Shown: positions 55,645 to 64,000 of the stretch, in pieces
Layout of the letters: the number at the start of each line of letters is the position of its first letter
Numbering within the stretch: the stretch's first letter is position 1
Assembly (NCBI GenBank): GCA_963817465.1
Contig: CAWFOP010000003.1
Coordinates: forward strand, 9,286-73,285
Direction of reading: 5' to 3'
DNA: 64,000 nucleotides
Origin: an uncultured Acidobacteriota bacterium
Lineage (GTDB): Bacteria > Acidobacteriota > Terriglobia > Bryobacterales > UBA6623
Position numbers and translations under genes: made by a program
The notes under the pieces: generated by a model
The model's input: only the letters and a program-made list of their open reading frames with translations
Databases searched by the model: none
Told to the model about the DNA's origin: nothing

Positions 55645-56277
55645 ATGAGATTAGCCGCGATTATTGCCTGTTTCGCCCTGCTGCTGGGCTGCTCGTCGGG
55701 GACTTCGCCCGAAACGAGCGCGTCAGCCGCGGAGAAGCCCGCCGTCGCCGAGCAGACCTCGCTGGCTGCGGCGAGTCCGGCGGCTGAAACGGCGAAGCCC
55801 GATCTGAGCGCAGGCGATCCGCAGATGCCGTATCCGGCCAAGCCGCTCGCGTTCAAGACCGCCGACGGCAAGCAGATCAAGCTCTCCGACTACAAGGGCA
55901 AGGTCGTGCTGGTGATGTTCTTCTCGACCGATTGCCCGCACTGCCAGCGGACGACCGCGTTTCTGTCGACGATCTACGACAAATATCACGCCAACGGGGC
56001 CGAGTTCATGGCTTTGGCCGTGAACCCCAATGCTCCCGCGAATATCGGCGAATTCATCTCGACCTATCGCGTGAAGTTCCCGACCGGCCTGACGACGCGC
56101 TCGACCTGGGCGGAGTTCGGCGGGTTCCCGATCACGCAAAACTCTTACGTGCCGCACATGATGTTCGTCGACAAGCAAGGCAACGTGGCCGAGGATCATC
56201 CCGGAAAAGACCGCGATTTCTGGCTCACGCAGCAGACGAGCATTCCGGAGTCGCTCGACCGCCTGCTCGCGAAATAG
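55645..56277 (+). CDS. TlpA/peroxiredoxin-like thioredoxin-fold lipoprotein
   Basis: Lipobox LLGC; LSDYKGKVVL..F...CPHC. Confidence 0.88.
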   Translation: MRLAAIIACFALLLGCSSGTSPETSASAAEKPAVAEQTSLAAASPAAETAKPDLSAGDPQMPYPAKPLAFKTADGKQIKLSDYKGKVVLVMFFSTDCPHCQRTTAFLSTIYDKYHANGAEFMALAVNPNAPANIGEFISTYRVKFPTGLTTRSTWAEFGGFPITQNSYVPHMMFVDKQGNVAEDHPGKDRDFWLTQQTSIPESLDRLLAK

Positions 56278-56283
56278 CGCGCA

Positions 56284-57291
56284 TTGCCCGTTTGCGACGT
56301 TACTTCGGCCGGGCGTCCCGGCTGGCTCGAAACCTACAAGCCCCTGTTCGACAACGGCGACCTGCAAACGATCGTCGCGCGGTATTGGCCTGTGCAACAA
56401 AGCGACAACCGCGTAGAAGAGCGGCTTTTCGAGACCGAACCGGGCGTGCAGGTGCTGGGAAAAATCACGCGGTCGGCCGGCAAGGCGACGGTCGTGATCG
56501 TGCACGGGCTGACCGCTTGCTCGGAGGCGCGCTACATGCTGACGCTGGCGCGGCGCGCGAACGAACGAGGGTTCGATACGGTTCGTCTGAACGTGAGGAG
56601 TTGCGGCGGCACGGAGCGCCTCTCGCCGACGCTCTATCACTCGGGGCTGACGGTGGATTTGCGCCACGTGATCGAGCAACTCGCGCCGGCGAAGGTGTTC
56701 GTGGCGGGGTTTTCGATGGGCGGCAACATGACGCTGAAACTGGCCGGCGAGTGGGGCGACGAGGCGCCGGAGCACGTGCTGGGCGTATGCGGGATTTCCG
56801 TGCCCATCCGGCTCGATCTTTGCGCGCGGCGTATCGGCGAGCGGCGCAATTGGGTCTACGAATATCGCTTTCTGCGGCAATTGCGGCAGGCGATGCAGCG
56901 CAAGAGCGCGGTCACTCCGGGGTTCTGGGACGACGAGAGTTTGTACTTGCGCGCCGCATCGATCTGGGAGTTTGACGACAAGGTGACGGCCAAAGCGTTC
57001 GGATTCGCAGACGCCGACGATTACTACCGGCGATCGTCGTCGGCGGGCTATCTCGACCAGGTGCGCGTCCCCGCCCTGCTGATCGAAGCGGCCGACGATC
57101 CGTTCATCCCCTTCGAGGCTTACGACGACGCGGCGTTTCGCGAGAATCCCATGCTGCAGTTGGCAACGAGCGAGGCCGGCGGTCATGTCGCGTTCCTGTC
57201 GCGCAACGGACGGCGCTTCTGGGCGGAAGAGCAGGCGCTGAATTTCTTCGACGCGATCCTCGATTCGCCCCAGCGGGGGTTGCCGTCTTGA
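56284..57291 (+). CDS. YheT-like alpha/beta hydrolase
   Basis: HGL, GFSMGG nucleophile, DDPF, GGH. Confidence 0.88.
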   Translation: MPVCDVTSAGRPGWLETYKPLFDNGDLQTIVARYWPVQQSDNRVEERLFETEPGVQVLGKITRSAGKATVVIVHGLTACSEARYMLTLARRANERGFDTVRLNVRSCGGTERLSPTLYHSGLTVDLRHVIEQLAPAKVFVAGFSMGGNMTLKLAGEWGDEAPEHVLGVCGISVPIRLDLCARRIGERRNWVYEYRFLRQLRQAMQRKSAVTPGFWDDESLYLRAASIWEFDDKVTAKAFGFADADDYYRRSSSAGYLDQVRVPALLIEAADDPFIPFEAYDDAAFRENPMLQLATSEAGGHVAFLSRNGRRFWAEEQALNFFDAILDSPQRGLPS

Positions 57292-57902
57292 CCTTCAAAG
57301 CCTGGTGGGCTTCGCTTGCCGCGCTCGGCCCGCCGGCGATGTTTCTGATCACGGCGGCGGATACCGCGATTTTGCCGACGGCGCAGGCGGTGGATCTGTT
57401 GATCTTGGCGCAGGCGGCCGCGGCGCCCGAGCGCTGGCTGGAGCTCGGGCTGTTCGCCGTGTCGGGGTCGACGTTCGGCGCAATGGCGCTCTACGCCCTG
57501 GCGCGCAAGGGCGGCGGCTGGGCGCTGGGCCGCACCTTCAAGCCGGAGCGCATCGAGAGCGTGCGGGTGCAGCTGCGCAAGTACGACGCCTGGGCTCTGG
57601 CGGTGCCGACGCTGCTGCCGATTCCCTTCTCTCCGATGAAGCTGTTCATCGCCTCAGCCGGCGCGCTGGGCGTGAGCCCGCTGAAAGCCGCCGTTTCGGT
57701 CGCTCTGGCCCGCGGGGTGCGCTACTTCACGTTGATCTTATTGGGCGCTTGGCTGGGGGACGACGCCTGGCGGCTGATCAAGGAAAACATCGGCGTCGCG
57801 TTGCTGGTATGCGCGGCGGCCGGGGGCGCCTACTGGCTCTGGCAAGCGAGCAAGAAGCGGCGCGCGGCGGCGGCCGACGTCTCGGAATCATCCGCCGGCT
57901 AG
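57288..57902 (+). CDS. YqaA/DedA (VTT domain) membrane protein
   Basis: GSTFGA..LY..ARKGG, P.P.P.KLF...AG, R..RY. Confidence 0.82.
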   Translation: MTFKAWWASLAALGPPAMFLITAADTAILPTAQAVDLLILAQAAAAPERWLELGLFAVSGSTFGAMALYALARKGGGWALGRTFKPERIESVRVQLRKYDAWALAVPTLLPIPFSPMKLFIASAGALGVSPLKAAVSVALARGVRYFTLILLGAWLGDDAWRLIKENIGVALLVCAAAGGAYWLWQASKKRRAAAADVSESSAG

Positions 57903-58941
57903 GTCGCGATAGACCGCCGCCGTCTCGCGGGCGGCTCGCCGCCAGGTGAATTCCGCGGCGCGGCGGCGGCCCTTCTCGATCAGGTCCGCTCGCAAGGCTT
58001 CGTCTTCCAGGATGCGCAGCAAGCCGTCGCGGATCGCCTCGACCTCGAGCGGGTCCGCAAGCAGCGCCGCGTCGCCGGCGACCTCGGGCAGCGCCGAGCT
58101 ATCGGACGTGAGCGCGGGCAGGCCCGCCGCGAAGGCTTCGAGGATCGGAATCCCGAACCCTTCGTCGAGCGAGGGGAACGCCAGGGCGGCGGCGCCGCGG
58201 TAGAGCTTGGCGCGCGTGGGCTCGTCGACGTAGCCCAATTCTCGAATCCGGCCGGCGGCTGGGCTGCCGCGGATACGCTCGCGGATCGCGGCGGCGCCGT
58301 AGCCGTCCGAGCCGGCGAGCACGAGCAGGCGGTCGCCCGGAAGTCCCTCGAAGGCCTCAATCAAGCGCGCGAGGTTCTTGCGCCTCTGGATCGCGCCGAC
58401 GTGCAGCAGGTACGGAGCTTCTAGGGCGTGCTCGCGACGGAATTCCCTAAGCGCGCCGGCGGAAAACTCAGCGGGCGGGAGTGACGCCGTGATGCACGAC
58501 CGTGATGCGGTCACGCGGGTAGCCGAGCAATGCGGCCGTCTGATCGGCGGTGAACGCCGAGACGGCGATGATGCGGTCCGCGCGCTCGGCGGCTTCGCGG
58601 GCGAGTCGCGTGAACCGTTCGCGAAAGTCCGGCGTCGAGTATTCGCCCGTCATCACGAACAAGTCGTGAAAGGTCACGACGGCGCGGCGGAAGCGGCGTC
58701 GCGGCAGGCGCTGGTTGAGGCCGTGAAACACGTCGCAGCGGCGCTCGAGCAGCGCGGCGGTGAAATCCTCCAGCAGAAACCGCGGCCGCGGCGCCCGCAA
58801 GTAGCGATTGAAGCGGTAGGCGAGCGTGAGCTGGAGAGCCGGGTCGACGTCGCCGAGCGCGCGGATGAGGTTGCGGCTGTAAACAGCGACTCCGGAGGGA
58901 TTGCGGCCGAGGCTGTAGGTCGCGTCGAGCGCGACTCTCAC
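57888..58941 (-). CDS. Glycosyltransferase family 4; frameshift near 58475
   Basis: MRVALDA...TFHDL...IIAVS...HHGV in the first frame; VG.IQRRKN, PSLDEGFGIPILEA in the second. Confidence 0.87.
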
Positions 58942-60236
58942 CGCAACATCTCCGCGAAGCGCTCGAGCGTGCGGCTCTCGGGTTCGCCCTCTGCGACCGC
59001 GAGCACCCCGGCCGGATGCTCCCCCCACGGGGACCAGCGGGCGAGCATGCGGCGGTTCACCGCGCCCTTGAAGACGTCGACGCCGCGCACGCCGAGGGCC
59101 GCGGCGAGGTGGCCGGCCGCCGAGTCGTAGCCGACGTACAAGTCGGCGGCGGCGATGTGGCCCGCGAAGCCGCTCAGCGAGCCTTCCCAGACGTCGACGT
59201 TCTCGGCGCCCGCGGCCGCGAGCACGGCCTGCGACGATTCGTATTCGGCGGCGCCCGCGCCGCGGTCGAGAATGACGCGATAACCGCTGCCGACGAGCAG
59301 CTTGACGGCGTCGGCTTCGAACCGCGCGCCGACTCGCTTGCGCTCGTTGCCGCCGAAGCCCCAGCTCACCGCGGCGGCGGGCTGGGCGTCATCGGAGCGG
59401 CGGCCGCGAGCGAGATCGTCGGCGCCGAGGGCCACGAAGGGTCGCGCGCCGGGAGAGATCGCCGCGGCCCATTTGCCGGCGATCTCGGCCAGCGGTTCGC
59501 CGGATTCCGGTTCCGCCGACCGGCTCGGGAAAAACCAGTACGGCGTCGCGGCCGGTGCGACGGGCAGCAGCCCCAGTTGCGTCAGGCGCGAGTCGGGATC
59601 GAGGACGACGACCTCGCCTTCGTCGGCGAGCCGCTCGATCGACTCGGCCAGGCGCAGATAGGCGTCGAAGCGATCGAACAAGGTTCCGCCCCGCGGGTAA
59701 GGCGTCTCGAGCAGGCCGATCGACGGTTCGCCGTCGAACAAGCCCGCGGTCTTGGTCCCCCCGGCGAGCAGGATCTCGGCGTCGGGCCAGCGTCGGCGCG
59801 CGGCGTCGAGGAAGACGCTCGTGACGGCGACATCGGCGCCCAGGGTCACGCGGGACAGCACGATACAGGAATCCGCCTTCTTGGGCAGCGCGGCCGGTTC
59901 GCTGACGAGACGACGCCAGCGCTCGACGATCGCCGCCGCGTCGGGCAAGCCGTGGTTTCGCAGCCGCTCGTCGAGCGCGGCGCCTCGAGGCTTGTTGCGA
60001 GCGAAGTCGACGACGCGCGCAAAGAGCTGCACATAAACATCGACCAGAATCGGCTCGAAGCGGTCTGCTAAGGGCTCAACGATGTCCCGGAACAGCCCGA
60101 CGGAGGCTGCGTGCGCGACGTCGGGATCGTGCGCGCACGCTTGATCGACAAGGGTTCGCAGATCTTCGTCGGCGGGAACGTGACCGGCGAGCGCGACCTC
60201 GCCGACGCGCTGCGCGTCGCTGGCTTGCGCGGGCAT
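58938..60236 (-). CDS. Glycosyltransferase family 9 (heptosyltransferase-like) with N-terminal extension
   Basis: LGADV, YVGYDSAAGHLAAALG, W.PW. Confidence 0.78.
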   Translation of the reverse strand: MPAQASDAQRVGEVALAGHVPADEDLRTLVDQACAHDPDVAHAASVGLFRDIVEPLADRFEPILVDVYVQLFARVVDFARNKPRGAALDERLRNHGLPDAAAIVERWRRLVSEPAALPKKADSCIVLSRVTLGADVAVTSVFLDAARRRWPDAEILLAGGTKTAGLFDGEPSIGLLETPYPRGGTLFDRFDAYLRLAESIERLADEGEVVVLDPDSRLTQLGLLPVAPAATPYWFFPSRSAEPESGEPLAEIAGKWAAAISPGARPFVALGADDLARGRRSDDAQPAAAVSWGFGGNERKRVGARFEADAVKLLVGSGYRVILDRGAGAAEYESSQAVLAAAGAENVDVWEGSLSGFAGHIAAADLYVGYDSAAGHLAAALGVRGVDVFKGAVNRRMLARWSPWGEHPAGVLAVAEGEPESRTLERFAEMLR

Positions 60237-60291
60237 CGCCACCAGGATGGCGGATCGAGTTTCAGCGGGGCAAGCGCGGACGACGCGGGCC

Positions 60292-61305
60292 TCACGGGCC
60301 GGATTTGCGGAACCCGCCGCGGTCGACATCCCCTTCCTGTTCATCCTCGCCGTTGTACGCCTTGAGCTTGCGGTAGAGGGTCGTGCGGCCGACGCCCAGG
60401 ATGAGGGCGGCGGCGCTCATGTCGCCCTTGGTGTGCTTGACGACCCGCAGGATGTGGCGGCGCTCGACTTCCGCCAAAGGCAGCAGGTGACCCTCTTGCT
60501 CGGACGTCGCGCCGTAGCGCGCGGCGAAGCTCTGCAGCGGCGAGGGCAGGTCTTCAACCGTCAGCACCGGGTCCGAGTGCAGCACGACCATGCGGCGAAT
60601 GGAGTTTTCGAGCTCGCGGACGTTGCCGGGCCAGTCGTATTCGCACATCAGTTCCATCGCTTGTCTCGAGAACTCGACCGGGCGGACGGCGTGCTTGTCG
60701 AGAAAGTGGCGCACGAGCTGCGGGATGTCGCCGCGGCGCTCGCGCAGCGGCGGGATGCGGATGTTGATGACGTTGAGGCGGTAGTAGAGGTCGCCGCGGA
60801 AGCGTCGGTGTTCGACCTCGGAGGCGAGCTCGCGGTTCGTGGCGGCGAGGATGCGAACGTCGACCTTGAGCGGCTGCGTGGCCCCTACGGGACGCATTTC
60901 CCCCTCTTGCAGCAGGCGCAGGAGCTTGGCCTGCACGTCGAAGGTCAGCTCGCCGATTTCGTCCAGGAACAGCGTGCCGCCGTTCGCCGCGCGCACCAGG
61001 CCGATCTTGTTTTCGACGGCGCCGGTGAAGGCGCCGCGCTGGTGCCCGAACAGCTCGCTTTCCATCAGCGTGCCGACCAGCGAAGCCGCATCCACGGGCA
61101 GGAAGACCTTGCTCGCGAGCGGGGAGGTCCGGTGCAAGGCTCGAGCCACGAGCTCCTTGCCCACGCCGCTCTCGCCGGTGATCAGGACCGGGGAAAGGTC
61201 CGTCGATAATTTTCGGATTGTCCGCAGGACGCGATGAATCTCCGGCGAGTCGCCGACCAGGCCGAAGTTCAGAGGCGCGTCGTCGAACCTCGGTGCGAGG
61301 CTCAC
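60292..61305 (-). CDS. sigma54-dependent enhancer-binding protein (AAA+ and Fis HTH only)
   Basis: GESGVGKE, ESELFGH, GAFTGA, LFLDEIGE, WPGNVREL, LGVGRTTLYRKL; only about 15 aa before the AAA+ domain. Confidence 0.93.
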   Translation of the reverse strand: MSLAPRFDDAPLNFGLVGDSPEIHRVLRTIRKLSTDLSPVLITGESGVGKELVARALHRTSPLASKVFLPVDAASLVGTLMESELFGHQRGAFTGAVENKIGLVRAANGGTLFLDEIGELTFDVQAKLLRLLQEGEMRPVGATQPLKVDVRILAATNRELASEVEHRRFRGDLYYRLNVINIRIPPLRERRGDIPQLVRHFLDKHAVRPVEFSRQAMELMCEYDWPGNVRELENSIRRMVVLHSDPVLTVEDLPSPLQSFAARYGATSEQEGHLLPLAEVERRHILRVVKHTKGDMSAAALILGVGRTTLYRKLKAYNGEDEQEGDVDRGGFRKSGP

Positions 61306-61331
61306 GATATTTTGGGACTCAAGAATAGCAG

Positions 61332-61865
61332 CTATTCGTCTTTTGAGCCCCGGAACCCGATTCGCACCTTCGGATGAACCTCTGGCGGCGGCTCGAGCAA
61401 ATGCTGAACATGCTCGAAGAGCACGCCGATCTCTTTGTCATGTTGTTCCACCTTGCGGGCCAATTCTTCATTGGTTGCAAGCACCTTGCGCAGCCGCACG
61501 AACGCTCTCATGATCGCCACGTTGACGTCGGCCGCACGATCACTGCGCAGGACGCTGGACAACATCGCGACTCCCTGCTCGGTGAAAGCCCAGGGGGCCT
61601 TCCGGCGACCGCCTCTCCCGGGCTTTGATGTCACAGTTTGTGATATCAAACAGTCGAACTCGTCTTTCGTGAGTTGAAACGCAAAGTCCGATGGGAATCG
61701 CCTGGGGTTGCGCCTCACTTGCTGATTCAACGCCGAGGTCGTGACGCCATACAATTCAGCCAGGTCGGAATCGAGCATCACGTTCTCGCCTCGAATGACA
61801 AAAACGCGTGAGACGATCCGCTCTACCGGAAAGACGCTTTCGTCTTGCATCTTGGCAGTCCTCAT
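61332..61865 (-). CDS. ORF6N domain DNA-binding protein
   Basis: IRGENVMLDSDLAELYGV, RFPSDFAFQLT, AFTEQGVAMLSSVLRS, IGF tail. Confidence 0.92.
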   Translation of the reverse strand: MRTAKMQDESVFPVERIVSRVFVIRGENVMLDSDLAELYGVTTSALNQQVRRNPRRFPSDFAFQLTKDEFDCLISQTVTSKPGRGGRRKAPWAFTEQGVAMLSSVLRSDRAADVNVAIMRAFVRLRKVLATNEELARKVEQHDKEIGVLFEHVQHLLEPPPEVHPKVRIGFRGSKDE

Positions 61866-61889
61866 CCGATATCTTTCGGGGCGCTGCGG

Positions 61890-62639
61890 TTAGTCGCTGG
61901 TTTCGAGGCAATGCGAGGCGGTCTGCGTCGCCACCGAGCGGACGAAGCCGTCAAAGCGGTCGGCCTCGAGGCGGCCCAGCAGCGCGTTCGCGTCGTCGGT
62001 CGAGTGGAACTCGCCGGCCACGACGCGGTAGACCGTCTTGCCGTCGAAAGTCCCCGAGTAGATGCGGGCCGGCGCGTAGTCGAGCGTCATCTTGCCGCGC
62101 ATGCGCTCGGCGTTGTCGAGATCGGAGAAGGCGCCGACCTGGACGCCGAAGTAGTCTTCGCTGACGCAGCCGGGAACCGCGAACACCTCCGGACCGAGCT
62201 CGGGCAACGGCTCGTCAGGGCCGGACAGGACGGCGACTTGGACGCGCGCCGTACCGTTGGCGAGCATGCCGATGCGATAGGCGGCCTCGCGCGAGAGGTC
62301 GATGATGCGCTTCTTGACGAACGGCCCGCGGTCGTTGATGCGCACATCCACGCTGCGGCCGTTCTCGAGATTGGTCACGCGGACCCGCGCGCCGAACGGC
62401 AGCCTGAGGTGGGCGGCCGTGAGCTGATCCATGTCGTAGATCTCGCCGTTGCTCGTGCGGCGGCCGTGGTAGGGGTTGCCGTACCAACTGGCGACCCCTT
62501 GCTCGACGTAGCCGGGCCGCGCGGGAATCGGCGGCGGCAGTTGCACCATGTGGGGCCGGCCGCAATGCAGCGTGGCGCCGATCGAGACGCTCAAAACGAA
62601 CGTGCGGCAGAGCCGCCGGATGTGACGGGCGCGAAACAC
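61890..62639 (-). CDS. rlpA: Septal ring lytic transglycosylase RlpA with SPOR domain
   Basis: GVASWYG, TAAH..LP, INDRGPF, IIDLS; QVGAFS. Confidence 0.93.
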   Translation of the reverse strand: MFRARHIRRLCRTFVLSVSIGATLHCGRPHMVQLPPPIPARPGYVEQGVASWYGNPYHGRRTSNGEIYDMDQLTAAHLRLPFGARVRVTNLENGRSVDVRINDRGPFVKKRIIDLSREAAYRIGMLANGTARVQVAVLSGPDEPLPELGPEVFAVPGCVSEDYFGVQVGAFSDLDNAERMRGKMTLDYAPARIYSGTFDGKTVYRVVAGEFHSTDDANALLGRLEADRFDGFVRSVATQTASHCLETSD

Positions 62640-62752
62640 CGGAACGGCCAGTTTACTCCCCCGCGCCGCCGCTGCGAAATATGGCCGGAAGCGGCGCCAT
62701 GTGGTACGATTCCGCGTTTGGGTCGCCCGAGCGACGCAGCGACACAGTTTTC

Positions 62753-64000
62753 ATGGCGATGCCCGCAGGCTCTTCCACCCCCAACAAACCGCTCGCTTAT
62801 CTCTCCGCCGGCGCTTTCGTCCTGTTTCTGCTGGCCTGGGGAGCGGGCTGGCCGGCGTTGATCGCGCCGGCGCTGGTCGCATCTCTCGCGCTGTTCGCGG
62901 TTTACTGTCAGACGAATCCGAAGCTGCACGTGTTTACGTTCACGTTTTGGGTGTTCGCCTGCGTTGCGGCGGCGATGTTTTATCCGGCGGCGTTCGACGC
63001 CTGGGGCGGCTACGACTTGAGCCGGCTGATCGTCCCGCTGATCCAAATCATCATGTTCGGCATGGGAGCGACGCTGAGCGCGGCGGACTTTCTGCGCGCG
63101 CTGCGTCTCCCCAAGGCCGTGCTGATCGGCATGGTGCTGCAATTCACCGTGATGCCGACGCTGGGCTGGGCGATCGCCACGGCCTTCGGCTTCCCGCCGG
63201 AGGTGGCGGCGGGCGTCGTGTTGATCGGCGCGTGCTCGGGCGGCGTCGCGTCGAACGTGATGGTCTATCTCTCGCGCGGCAACGTGGCGCTTTCGGTGAC
63301 GATGACCGCTTGCTCCACTCTGCTCGCTCCGGTGATGACGCCGTTGGCGATGAAGCTGCTCGCCGGGCGGCTGATCGAGATCAACTTCTGGTCGATGATG
63401 CTGTCGATCATCAATATGGTGATCATTCCCGTGGGCGGCGGCCTGATCGCGAACCACATCTTGGAGCGCAAGCGCCCTATCGGCGAATTCGCGAAGCTGA
63501 TCGGGCCCATGACGCTGCTGATCGCCGGCGGCGTCGCCGCGGCATCCGGGGGAGCGACGGCCCTGTCGGGCCAGGCCGTCGACGCCGACGCGTTGCTGAT
63601 CCAAACCGTTATTCTCGCGATCGTCGTGATTGTCGGGGGTTTTCTGCTCAACGCCTTTCTGGCGGGCAATCGCGAGGCGTTCGACAAGTTTCTGCCGGTG
63701 CTGTCGATGGCGAGCATCTGCTACATCCTGGCCATCATCGCCGCCGATTCGCGCGATGAGCTGATCGGCGTCGGGCTGGCCTTGTTGGTCGCGGCGCTGA
63801 TCCACAACTTGGCCGGGTATCTGCTGGGATACTTTTTGGCGGGCTTCGCCGGGCTGTCGGAAAGCGATCGCCGCACAGTGGCCTTCGAAGTCGGCATGCA
63901 GAACGGCGGCATGGGCGTCGGCCTCGCGACCAACGTGCTCAAGAGCAGCGCCGCCGCCCTGGCGCCCGCCGTCTTCGGCACGTGGATGAACATCACGGGG
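62753..64000 (+). CDS. Bile acid:sodium symporter family transporter, partial
   Basis: IMFGMG, QF..MP, GGVASNV, EVGMQNGG; runs off window end. Confidence 0.9.
   Translation, partial: MAMPAGSSTPNKPLAYLSAGAFVLFLLAWGAGWPALIAPALVASLALFAVYCQTNPKLHVFTFTFWVFACVAAAMFYPAAFDAWGGYDLSRLIVPLIQIIMFGMGATLSAADFLRALRLPKAVLIGMVLQFTVMPTLGWAIATAFGFPPEVAAGVVLIGACSGGVASNVMVYLSRGNVALSVTMTACSTLLAPVMTPLAMKLLAGRLIEINFWSMMLSIINMVIIPVGGGLIANHILERKRPIGEFAKLIGPMTLLIAGGVAAASGGATALSGQAVDADALLIQTVILAIVVIVGGFLLNAFLAGNREAFDKFLPVLSMASICYILAIIAADSRDELIGVGLALLVAALIHNLAGYLLGYFLAGFAGLSESDRRTVAFEVGMQNGGMGVGLATNVLKSSAAALAPAVFGTWMNITG

Overview
High-GC chromosomal segment, most consistent with an Acidobacteriota (Bryobacterales/Solibacter-like) genome. 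This is an inference from the gene repertoire: wHTH-TolB relic, two Ser/Thr kinases, sulfatases, M56-TonB fusion and DUF3592-like gene beside fsa. Most of the window is housekeeping or metabolic: mscS, mscL, rfbB, tRNA-Gly, tRNA-Cys, rlmB, aroC, fsa, hslVU, metK-ahcY, galK, acpS, nikR, rlpA, transporters and glycosyltransferases. Less routine parts are: (i) an imuA-imuB-dnaE2 cassette with a LexA-type ATTC-N7-GTTC box inside its promoter and dnaE2 bracketed by two inverted GTRG-type REP-like hairpins; (ii) a divergent small secreted protein built from tandem IRYGGGDF-type repeats; (iii) an orphan-ORF islet after tRNA-Cys; (iv) a sigma54-type promoter ahead of a 2-oxoacid:ferredoxin oxidoreductase operon with an unusual 740-aa ferredoxin protein; (v) a family of three secreted modular beta-domain paralogues; (vi) a structured metK leader; (vii) a BlaI/M56-TonB module with a palindromic operator. 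About nine single-base frameshifts in otherwise intact genes suggest uncorrected long-read indels, so the pseudogene calls are tentative. No CRISPR array, rRNA, intact transposase/integrase or reverse transcriptase was seen. All calls are by eye; no database searches were run.
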